57,479 nt of DNA from an uncultured Myxococcota bacterium (lineage in GTDB: Bacteria; Myxococcota_A; UBA796). The notes beneath the pieces were generated by a model. The model was given only the letters and a program-made list of their open reading frames with translations, ran no database searches and was not told the DNA's origin. The position numbers and the translations under genes are program-made. The stretch is from contig CBFICN010000003.1 of NCBI GenBank assembly GCA_965661045.1, forward strand, positions 1 through 57,479, given 5' to 3'. Positions 9,160-17,384 of the stretch are shown piece after piece; within the stretch, counting starts at the first letter, position 1; each line of letters opens with the position of its first letter.

Positions 9160-10257
9160 TTGTTATCGGAGTTTTCTATGTGTTCCAAACCCCCCAAAGA
9201 TATTCAAGCGAAAAACGTTGTAGATGTCGAGTCTTCAGAAGTTCTATGGCATTTGCTCAGCGACCTTGACGGGGTGGATATCGAATCGACAAGAAACTGG
9301 GAAACATTGGCATTTGGTTTATTGGGTGGTGTGGATATCGCTCAGCAAAGCAATTTGTTGAGGGATCGACCGGTCCGTGTACAGATTCAAACCCATCGGG
9401 CATCGTTCGCACATTTTTGTCAGACGATGCAACTTGGGTTTGAGGAGTATGCCTTGAACAATCAATGGACAGCAGAACAAGTAGCTGATTTGCTTGAACT
9501 GACTGAAAATGTGTTTTACATCAATCGTCGAGGTGTCTGGAAACTGGGTAGAATGGGGGATGGTCAGCCTTGGTGGGCCGAAAACAAAATCGGCAAGCGT
9601 TGGCATCAAGATATCTTTTCTCCAAAACGAGGGGAAAAGTTGTGGTTGGTCGAAGACATCTCCTCCAAAAGTATAGACGGAATCATTCATTTGGTTTTGG
9701 CTGAACAGTGTGCACACTTCATCAATTCTACGGGCATTGAGGTTCAAGTCCAAAATTGGATCAACCATATACGCAGACCCTCTTTGCGAAAGAGTTGGCA
9801 GAGCATTCTTTCTACGCAGAGCGAGTACTTTTGGGCTGCCGTTCAGGTGTACCACGAGATACACGCCGCAGCCGATATTGCATTTCGAGAGCGGTACATT
9901 CAATTTTTACTGCAGTGTTCTGATCACCTTCAATGTCCTGAACTGAAGTCAATGACTTTGGACTTTCGTAAGTCTCAACGGTACTGGCAGCAACTATCAA
10001 CAGTGTTATTGGCGGACTCTTCTGTGATGCTGAAAAAAATTCCCGAGTTGGACTGGACCGATATTGAGACTGTGTTTGATTCTTCCGAGAAGTTTGAGAA
10101 CGAAGAATCCGTACAGAACATTGAAGGTAGATTGTCGTTGATGGAGGACAGTATACAGCGCATCGTAGAATCTGAACAACGATTTTTTGTCATGATGTCA
10201 GAGCTTCTTTCGGGGTTGGCCCGAGGTCGCATCTTGGTTGAGCGGGCACCAGTCTAA
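9160..10257 (+). CDS. Hypothetical protein
   Basis: 365-aa ORF, divergent from 8324..9091 across a 68-nt AT-rich spacer. No recognisable motif. A putative hairpin terminator follows. Confidence 0.55.
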   Translation: MLSEFSMCSKPPKDIQAKNVVDVESSEVLWHLLSDLDGVDIESTRNWETLAFGLLGGVDIAQQSNLLRDRPVRVQIQTHRASFAHFCQTMQLGFEEYALNNQWTAEQVADLLELTENVFYINRRGVWKLGRMGDGQPWWAENKIGKRWHQDIFSPKRGEKLWLVEDISSKSIDGIIHLVLAEQCAHFINSTGIEVQVQNWINHIRRPSLRKSWQSILSTQSEYFWAAVQVYHEIHAAADIAFRERYIQFLLQCSDHLQCPELKSMTLDFRKSQRYWQQLSTVLLADSSVMLKKIPELDWTDIETVFDSSEKFENEESVQNIEGRLSLMEDSIQRIVESEQRFFVMMSELLSGLARGRILVERAPV

Positions 10258-10289
10258 ATTCTATCTGAGGTTGACCTTAGTCCAATAAG

Positions 10290-10327
10290 GTTTCGATATG
10301 GTCATAATATGACCGAAACTGATTTTG
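10290..10327 (+). terminator. Possible intrinsic terminator after 9160..10257
   Basis: GTTTC(10290..10294)/GAAAC(10315..10319) and GGTCA(10300..10304)/TGACC(10310..10314) arms with TAATA loop, followed by TGATTTTG. The stem is interrupted by a bulge, so it is only moderate. Confidence 0.35.
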
Positions 10328-10373
10328 CTAACACTCAAAAATGCTAAAATACAATACTTCCAATGGAGGATTT

Positions 10374-10697
10374 ATGGACAGTATTTTAGAAAAGGCAAAC
10401 CGTTTGATTTGGCAAAACCGTTCCAAAACAGGTGGGACAAAATTATTGTGTCGAGCGAGAGACATTGAAGATTCACCAAAACTGTTGTCCATCACCACGT
10501 CCTACAATGGCCATTCGAAAGCGATGGTTGAGGGGTCAAATGGTGAGCGCTATGAGGCTTGGCTTTTCACAACCGGTAAGGTGTATTGCTCGTGCGCGTT
10601 TTTCGGAGACTTGGAACCTTTTCAGCGACAGGCGCTTGGCTGTAAGCACATTCTTGCACACGCTTTGCGATTGATAAAGCAACAGCGGGCTGCGTAA
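10374..10697 (+). CDS. Small SWIM zinc-finger protein
   Basis: ATG 10374 lies 7 nt after GGAGG. CxC...CxH signature: VYCSCAFFGDLEPFQRQALGCKHILAH. Confidence 0.7.
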   Translation: MDSILEKANRLIWQNRSKTGGTKLLCRARDIEDSPKLLSITTSYNGHSKAMVEGSNGERYEAWLFTTGKVYCSCAFFGDLEPFQRQALGCKHILAHALRLIKQQRAA

Positions 10698-10698
10698 T

Positions 10699-11505
10699 TC
10701 AGGTAAATTCTATACACCGATCTACCACAGGGTGTCCATAGTCAGCCTTTCCTGTGTGAACAATCAGATTGTCGCGCAGTTGGACTGCACCTGGATGATG
10801 GCCATGGCCGCACAGCACCGTCCACTGTGTTTGTGGGTGTCTGGTTGCGACTGTTAAGAGAAGATCCCCAACAGCCTTGCAGGTGAAATCTGGAATCCAA
10901 TCTTCTGCACCTGAGTGGCCCATGTACCAGGCGGACTCTGGAAATGGTGGTACATGTGTGGCAACGACAACTTCACGGATTGTGTTTTGTTCTTGAAATA
11001 GCGTGGAGATCGTTTGTGCTAGATGTTGAGCCGCATCATCACCAAGTTGGTGCAGTTTTTGCTGGAGGTCACTTCGATTGTGTCCAGTCAGGTCCTGTAT
11101 CAATCTGTGGTCGTTGATTCTGATTGGAGTGCGTAGAAAATCTCCGTTGCGTGCATCTCCCCAACCACTGTGCCCAATGAGGTATCGATCGTCGCAAAGA
11201 GAGATGGCTGAGGTCTTGTCCAACCAAGTCAGTTTTGGATGTAGAGCCGTCAAGCCTCCGATTGCGCTTTGCACACTGGCAATGTCGGCGTGGTAATAAT
11301 CATGGTTTCCGAGAACAAAATACAGGGGTAGACTTGTTTGCTCGAGTATCCAACTCAGTTCTGCACGAATGGTTTGCCCGTTCGCTATATCCCCTGTAAT
11401 CAACAAGGCATCGCCATTTGCTGTGTTGATTTGATCGATGAATTTGGAGCGTGCTTGTTGGTCTGCACTGTCTAGGTGAATGTCGGTTGCCCACAGCATT
11501 TTCAT
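10699..11505 (-). CDS. Calcineurin-like metallophosphoesterase
   Basis: 268 aa. Motifs ATDIHLD, ITGDIANG, VLGNHDYY, VATHVPP, LCGHGHHPG. Its stop is 1 nt from the stop of the convergent SWIM gene. Confidence 0.85.
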   Translation of the reverse strand: MKMLWATDIHLDSADQQARSKFIDQINTANGDALLITGDIANGQTIRAELSWILEQTSLPLYFVLGNHDYYHADIASVQSAIGGLTALHPKLTWLDKTSAISLCDDRYLIGHSGWGDARNGDFLRTPIRINDHRLIQDLTGHNRSDLQQKLHQLGDDAAQHLAQTISTLFQEQNTIREVVVATHVPPFPESAWYMGHSGAEDWIPDFTCKAVGDLLLTVATRHPQTQWTVLCGHGHHPGAVQLRDNLIVHTGKADYGHPVVDRCIEFT

Positions 11506-11573
11506 TGTACGGTGCCTCTATCATCGGTTAAAAAGTACACAGTATCATTTACTCTGGAATTGGGGGCTGTGCC

Positions 11574-12575
11574 ATGTTGTTGTTGGGATGGATGCTATCG
11601 ATTGGCTGTGTCACAACGATTGTTGATCGAGTGACGGTAGATCGAATCGTTGGCCAAGCGAGGGTGGTCGGGGATACGCAAATGCCTTGTGCTCTTGGGG
11701 AATCTCTCAATCACGTGCTCATGGCTACAAAAGGACGAAAGAGTCCGGACTTGGGTCTGTTGATCAGCAACGGTACGAGCGCGATGTGTTCGCAAAGTCG
11801 AGCATGGGAAGAACGTCTTCGAGCAGAACGGGCAAAAGTTCAACGTCCTTTGACCGATCCCTATCGGGTTCCAGAAATCAAAGATGCTCAGATTTCAGCT
11901 GAGCGATGGGATGCGATGAGTGCCCGTCGATTTTATGCGGCATTTCAACATGCTGAGCAAGCCTTTGGAAGTGTAGACACACCGTGTCCCACCATCGCAG
12001 AGCGTGATGAGGTTGCGTACTTGGTCGCTTTAATTTCAGGAACGTTTGCGGTGTTGCACGACAAACAAAGCAATGGCACAGTGGGCGTTCCGTTGGACTT
12101 GTTGCCAAAGATTGCCCGAGCTGCCAGCTGTCTGGACAACGACACTTGGTGGGGCGTGCCGACAGCGCTTCAAGGAGGGATTTGGGCAACCATTCCTGGC
12201 TCTGGTCCAGATGACGTAGACCCTTGGAAGATGTTGGAAGATGCGGCAGCACAAGGCGCTCAGTCTGGGGTGCGCGTGTCCTATGCCATTGGGGCTCTAC
12301 TGGCCAACAACGCTGGAGACACAGACAGAATGATCGACTTTTTGACTGGATATGGTACTTCTCTGTCAGAGGTAGAGCGCGCCCAAGAGTGGGCTTTCTT
12401 TGATCAGTATGCCTATGAAGTGGCGCTTCATCAGTCTGACTTGTATTGGATTCAAACCACTGGGCATCGAACGTCTGTTCTTGGGAACATGCCGATTTCA
12501 ACCGAAGATGCGGTTGAGTCCGACAGTGAAACAGAAGACCCATTTGGCAGCGAAGACCCCTTTGGTGAAGAATAA
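11574..12575 (+). CDS. Helical lipoprotein, possibly a TatT-like accessory component of a TPR-protein-associated TRAP transporter; acidic DPF tail
   Basis: Lipobox MLSIGC. 333 aa, mostly helical-looking. C-terminus ETEDPFGSEDPFGEE. The TatT call rests mainly on gene order (lipoprotein, binding protein, fused permease). Confidence 0.4.
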   Translation: MLLLGWMLSIGCVTTIVDRVTVDRIVGQARVVGDTQMPCALGESLNHVLMATKGRKSPDLGLLISNGTSAMCSQSRAWEERLRAERAKVQRPLTDPYRVPEIKDAQISAERWDAMSARRFYAAFQHAEQAFGSVDTPCPTIAERDEVAYLVALISGTFAVLHDKQSNGTVGVPLDLLPKIARAASCLDNDTWWGVPTALQGGIWATIPGSGPDDVDPWKMLEDAAAQGAQSGVRVSYAIGALLANNAGDTDRMIDFLTGYGTSLSEVERAQEWAFFDQYAYEVALHQSDLYWIQTTGHRTSVLGNMPISTEDAVESDSETEDPFGSEDPFGEE

Positions 12576-12659
12576 GAGGCAACTCAAAGGAAGAAAAGTC
12601 GATCTGAATGGGTTAAGGTTGGTGTGTAAAGACCTTGCATCAACGATACAGCAACAAGG

Positions 12660-13715
12660 ATGAAGGAGACAAGGATGTTTTTGAAACGAGTCGGAAATTG
12701 GATGGTCGGTGTTCAGCAACTGCTTCAACGCACTGCGGTGGTTGGTCTGGCGACTTTTGGGATGATCACCACTGCCAACGCACAAAGCGTCTGTGTGTTT
12801 GATCCAGCGGGTAAAGCAGGGGACTATTATCGGTTGTTGGACCAATATGCGCTAGAAGCCTCTTCTTGGGGGGTATCTCTAGAGGTGAAAGTGTACACCG
12901 ATGAAGAAACTGCAGTCAAAGATTATGAAGCCAAGCAATGTGATGCTGTTGTGGCCACGGGTGTGCGGTTACAGCGTTTCAACAACTTTCCCACAACAAT
13001 TGAAGCCATTGGTGCTTTGCCGACCTATCCATTGCTGAAGAATATGGTCAAGACATTGACGACATCTGGTGGAGCTGCCAAGATGATGACCAAGTCAGGC
13101 AACGCAACAGTGGGGATTATCCCAATTGGTGCCGTTTATGTTCTCGTTCGAGACCGCAGCATTGACACAGTGGAAGAACTCGCTGGCAAAAAGATTGCGA
13201 CGATGGATTATGACAAGCCATCTGTCGTCATGGTTGAAAAGATTGGTGCCATTATGGTTCCAGCAGATTTGGGGAGTATTGGACCGAAATTTAACAACGG
13301 AGATGTGGATGCTTGCTACATTTCTGCACCTGCCTATCAGCCTTTCGAATTGTGGAAAGGACTTGGGGACAAAGGTGGGATCGTTCGATTGCCAATCGCC
13401 CAGGCTACAATGCAGGTCATGGCGCGTGAAGATGTCTTCCCCGCCGATTTTTCAGCCAAGTCTCGCCAGTTTTTCTGGTCTCATTTTGATGAGGCGATGG
13501 GCTATGTGACCAAAGCAGAATCCGCGATTCCAAGCAAGTATTGGATCGATTTGCCGGCTTCAGATATCCCGGACTTTGATGACATGTTTCAGCGTTCTCG
13601 GATCGATCTGCGTGACAATCACAAAGCGTACAACGCAAAAATGCTGGGTGTGATGAGAGACAAGCGGTGCAAAGTCGATCCGACCCGCGCCGAGTGTGCT
13701 GAAGACAAAGAATAA
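12660..13715 (+). CDS. Periplasmic solute-binding-like protein (TRAP DctP-like / AdeT-like family)
   Basis: 351 aa. Signal peptide ending TTANA-QS. Size and position immediately upstream of (2 nt from) a TRAP large-permease gene. The family call is from weak resemblance. Confidence 0.5.
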   Translation: MKETRMFLKRVGNWMVGVQQLLQRTAVVGLATFGMITTANAQSVCVFDPAGKAGDYYRLLDQYALEASSWGVSLEVKVYTDEETAVKDYEAKQCDAVVATGVRLQRFNNFPTTIEAIGALPTYPLLKNMVKTLTTSGGAAKMMTKSGNATVGIIPIGAVYVLVRDRSIDTVEELAGKKIATMDYDKPSVVMVEKIGAIMVPADLGSIGPKFNNGDVDACYISAPAYQPFELWKGLGDKGGIVRLPIAQATMQVMAREDVFPADFSAKSRQFFWSHFDEAMGYVTKAESAIPSKYWIDLPASDIPDFDDMFQRSRIDLRDNHKAYNAKMLGVMRDKRCKVDPTRAECAEDKE

Positions 13716-13717
13716 AA

Positions 13718-15979
13718 ATGGTTGAACGCATTCGTCAAGTCGTTGCACTAGGCATCTTTGGGGTGCTTTTCTGTGCGTTGTTGTTTGGTCTGGGACCGTC
13801 TCTGTCCGCGAAACTGGTATTGATTGGTGACTCGATTTGGGATGGGTACCAAGAGTTGCGCTATGATCCAGAACCTCCAGACTGTGATTTGCAGGCTCTG
13901 GAAACTCAACTACAAAGTTGTCCGGTGAGCAACGATGTGGCACCGCAAAAGTTCGATGACGCCGATGAAGTCGACCCATTTGCAGATGATGTAGAAGACG
14001 ATCCGTTCAGTGACGACGCTCTGGAAGACTCAGAAGAGGACCCGTTTGCCGAGGATGCGGACGTCGATCCTTTTGTGGATGGCGTAGGGGAACCAGAACA
14101 ACTAGCGCCAGAAGAGCCAGAGCAGGATCCTTTTGCTGAACCAGAAGAAGCCGATCCATTCGGTGATGCTGTTGCGAATGACCCATTTGGAGAAGAGGCG
14201 GACCCCTTTGCGGAGGAAGCGCCAAAAACAACGGTGAATTGTGTAGCCTTGCAGACATTGACAGAGCGTTGCGCCTTGAGACAAAGTGCCTATGCAGATG
14301 TTCAATCTAGGTTGACGCCAGACGTGCGAGCCTATCGCAGTGTTGAGATGACATTCAGCGCCATGGCCAAGTTTCCTTATTGGAAACACATGCTGATATT
14401 GCTGACCTTGCTGGGGGCAATCTCTGTCACCTTGCGCAACGAGCACATCGCACTGCGCGAAGCCGAGAGTCAATTGGAGCAGCGAGTGTCTCAAGGACTT
14501 CAGTTGGTTGTTCATTCGCTGTGGCTCGTGTCGTGTTGGAACGATTACCAAGTTCAACAGAATTCTGCCGCACAGGCTGAACATGCGGGGATTCCATTGC
14601 TTTGGTGTGTTGGCTTCGCAGGATTGGTTGCCATCAATATTGTTCATTTGATACAAAGTCGTGACTTTCCAAAAACGCAATCTGTATCGATTGCTCGATT
14701 GTTGATGACCATTCCGTTGTTCACCTACATGGGGTTGATTGCCGGTGTTTGGTTCTTGGGCGTTGAAGGACATGGTTCTGGCCAGGCGATTTACCTGCAT
14801 AAATTCATTCAGCATCCGACAATTTATCTTGGAATTGGCTTGTACATCTGGGCAGGGATGTTGTTTGCGACCACTCGAGTTGCACGTTTGGCTTTTGGAT
14901 TGTTGACGCCATGGGGCTTACCCATCGGTGTGCTCGCATGGTTGGCGGTGGTGCTTGCTGCAATTCCGACTGCATATTCTGGTGCTTCTGGCATATTTGT
15001 GATCGCCGCTGGGTCTGTGATTTTCGAGCAGTTGCGCAGTGCGGGAGCCAGCAAGCGAATGGCGTTGGCTGCCACCGCAATGTCGGGATCGCTGGGCGTG
15101 GTGTTGCGACCGTGCTTGGTGGTGGTCCTAGTTGCGGTATTGAATAAGCAGGTCACGACCGATGAGTTGTTTGCGCAAGGGCTTTGGGTCTTTGTGTTGA
15201 CAGCGGTACTGTTGTTGGGAGCCTTCTTGTGGAGAAATCCTCAGCCATTGACCATCGAGCCTAGAGAGAACGCGCGAGCACAGTTTGGTCAAGCCGTCAA
15301 AGAACTGTTGCCCTATGTTGGTTGGTTGGTTGCTGGTTGGTTGGCCTACGGTGTTCTGTTGGACATGTGGGTCAATGAACAAACGGCGGCTCTGATCTTG
15401 CCTGGGTTGTTGTTGGTGCTGGTTGTGTGGGAGCGACTTCGTGTGCGTCCTACCTTACCTGAAGAAGCCGATCAAAGAACAGTTTTTCCAACACTGGTGG
15501 ATGCTACGTTGGAATCGTCGACGCACATTGGGGCGTTGCTGGTCTTGATGGGTGCCTCCGTTGCTTTGGGAGGGGTGGTTGAACGTGCTGAGATTATGTC
15601 TTTCTTCCCACAAGACCTTGGTGGACCTGTCGGGGCGATGACCGCACTGGTTGGGTTGATGGTGTTGGTGGGAATGACGATGGATGCGCTTGGTGCAGTC
15701 GTGTTGGTTTCCGTAACGCTGGCCAAGGTGGCGTATGACAACGGTATTGATCCCGTTCATTTTTGGATGATGGTGCTGGTGGCATTTGAACTTGGATATT
15801 TGACACCACCGGTGGCGTTGAACCATTTGTTGGCGCGACAAGTCATTGGCCCAGAAGCAAATCTCGAAGATGAAGAGCTGGACTTTTGGGAAGACAACGA
15901 ACATCTGTGGTTGCCGATGCTGGTGATGGGAATCGCTTTGATTTTGGTAGCCTATGTACCTTTTGTTTGGTATACTTAG
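13718..15979 (+). CDS. TRAP-type transporter fused permease (DctM-like large subunit with N-terminal extra TM region and an acidic DPF-repeat loop)
   Basis: 753 aa. About 17 hydrophobic segments. The C-terminal two-thirds resemble DctM (GASGIFVIAAGSV, AMSGSLGVVLRPC, FELGYLTPPVALN). N-terminal TM, then a roughly 90-aa D/E-rich loop with 8 DPF motifs. Confidence 0.7.
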   Translation: MVERIRQVVALGIFGVLFCALLFGLGPSLSAKLVLIGDSIWDGYQELRYDPEPPDCDLQALETQLQSCPVSNDVAPQKFDDADEVDPFADDVEDDPFSDDALEDSEEDPFAEDADVDPFVDGVGEPEQLAPEEPEQDPFAEPEEADPFGDAVANDPFGEEADPFAEEAPKTTVNCVALQTLTERCALRQSAYADVQSRLTPDVRAYRSVEMTFSAMAKFPYWKHMLILLTLLGAISVTLRNEHIALREAESQLEQRVSQGLQLVVHSLWLVSCWNDYQVQQNSAAQAEHAGIPLLWCVGFAGLVAINIVHLIQSRDFPKTQSVSIARLLMTIPLFTYMGLIAGVWFLGVEGHGSGQAIYLHKFIQHPTIYLGIGLYIWAGMLFATTRVARLAFGLLTPWGLPIGVLAWLAVVLAAIPTAYSGASGIFVIAAGSVIFEQLRSAGASKRMALAATAMSGSLGVVLRPCLVVVLVAVLNKQVTTDELFAQGLWVFVLTAVLLLGAFLWRNPQPLTIEPRENARAQFGQAVKELLPYVGWLVAGWLAYGVLLDMWVNEQTAALILPGLLLVLVVWERLRVRPTLPEEADQRTVFPTLVDATLESSTHIGALLVLMGASVALGGVVERAEIMSFFPQDLGGPVGAMTALVGLMVLVGMTMDALGAVVLVSVTLAKVAYDNGIDPVHFWMMVLVAFELGYLTPPVALNHLLARQVIGPEANLEDEELDFWEDNEHLWLPMLVMGIALILVAYVPFVWYT
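13955..14221 (+). repeat. Coding low-complexity repeat: eight acidic [DE]x-DPF-[AGSV][DE] units
   Basis: DEVDPFADD, EDDPFSDD, EEDPFAED, DVDPFVDG, EQDPFAEP, EADPFGDA, ANDPFGEE, EADPFAEE read directly from ORF 13718..15979. Confidence 0.9.
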
Positions 15980-16016
15980 GAAACTGTACCGTATATTTTC
16001 ATTTGGGAGAGAAATT

Positions 16017-16559
16017 ATGAAAACGATCATGTATTGTCACGGACGTGGCTCAAGTGGGCAGGGCAATAAGGCGACCAAAATTAAAGAGCGTTTCGCACAT
16101 TGCAATTTTGTGGGCAACGACTATCCGACAGATGATCCTGTGCAACTTGAGAAAGATAAACCCATGCCTTGTCCGTTGCCTGAAATGAAGGACTTTTGGC
16201 GTTATGTCGAGATGTTGAAGAGTGATATTGCCATTCATAAGCCAGATGTGGTTGTGGCCTCTTCATTTGGTGGAGCGGTGTTAACACAGGTAATTATGGA
16301 AGGTGGCTGGAATGGTCCAACCGTGTTTTTGGCACAAGCAGCCCATAAATTCGGGGTCACAGATCGATTGCCAATTGACTTGAAAGCGATATATGTTCAC
16401 GGAACAGACGACCCAATTGTAGACTTTGCTGGCAGTGAGATCTTGGCGGATTCGTCGATCAATGCCCGTTTGGTACCGGTTAAAGATGGCCATCGTCTAA
16501 AAGCCGATGCCAGTCGTGACGCCTATTTTGCGGCAATTGAGGAACTCTTACAAGACTAG
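16017..16559 (+). CDS. Small alpha/beta-hydrolase (YqiA/UPF0227-like esterase)
   Basis: ATG 16017 after GGGAGAG. MYCHGRGSSG N-terminus, nucleophile-elbow-like VVASSFGG, late D and H residues (DDPIV, GHRL). Confidence 0.5.
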   Translation: MKTIMYCHGRGSSGQGNKATKIKERFAHCNFVGNDYPTDDPVQLEKDKPMPCPLPEMKDFWRYVEMLKSDIAIHKPDVVVASSFGGAVLTQVIMEGGWNGPTVFLAQAAHKFGVTDRLPIDLKAIYVHGTDDPIVDFAGSEILADSSINARLVPVKDGHRLKADASRDAYFAAIEELLQD

Positions 16560-16586
16560 TACTCTTGTAGATTCATACAGCATGGG

Positions 16587-17384
16587 GTGTTTGGGATGTT
16601 GGTTTGGATGTTCACCTCTTTGCTTCATGCTGAGCCACAGTTCAAGGATGCCATAGAACGTTCCAAGACATTTTCCATACATGGGCAAGATGGTTTGGGT
16701 GAAGGAGAGGGGTGTTTCGACTCCGATTCTCGGTACATCCCTCAGACCGTCAATTGTCAAACGTGGTTGCAGTGGACAGTGTCGACGGCGTACGCCAAGG
16801 GTTCTGAAACGGAATTTCGGCAGTACATGGATGCGTTGCGATATTATGACGGTGTGTCCTTTGGCAACCGCAAGCATTTTGTCGATCGATGGGTGCTGTA
16901 TCAACCAGAACCCTTGGTCTCTTTGACTTCGACTGCTTGCCAAACGGATAGCAGTGTCGAGCGGGTGTTGAACCTTCGTCAGTTCAGACAGAAACATGGA
17001 TATTCCAGTCCATTGTTTCAAGAGTCCAAGTTTGGAGTAGAGCATCATGTGATCGCCTACATGTCAACAACCCGCAGTACAGAGTGCTTGCAGAGCTTAT
17101 CCGATGGATGGTATGTGGGTTTCTTTGTCGCCAGTCCGGCTTGGATTGAACGGTGGAGTACGATCGGAGACTTTGGTTTGGTGCACGGTATGATTTTTGA
17201 GAAGGTAGACCGCTCGATCACGGTACACCATGCTTCAATGGATGCCAAGCGTGTGGTATCTGAGCCTTGGGATCAGTTTCATCGACGCCTTGACTCTGTT
17301 TCGATGGGCTATCGACTCTTTGCATTGACACCCGATTGGACGGTCGATACTCAACAGAGAACCCGAGTCTCTGAATGTCCATAG
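16587..17384 (+). CDS. Hypothetical secreted protein
   Basis: 265 aa with signal-like MFGMLVWMFTSLLHA. First gene of a four-gene overlapping operon with two GT-C-like membrane proteins. Confidence 0.5.
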   Translation: MFGMLVWMFTSLLHAEPQFKDAIERSKTFSIHGQDGLGEGEGCFDSDSRYIPQTVNCQTWLQWTVSTAYAKGSETEFRQYMDALRYYDGVSFGNRKHFVDRWVLYQPEPLVSLTSTACQTDSSVERVLNLRQFRQKHGYSSPLFQESKFGVEHHVIAYMSTTRSTECLQSLSDGWYVGFFVASPAWIERWSTIGDFGLVHGMIFEKVDRSITVHHASMDAKRVVSEPWDQFHRRLDSVSMGYRLFALTPDWTVDTQQRTRVSECP

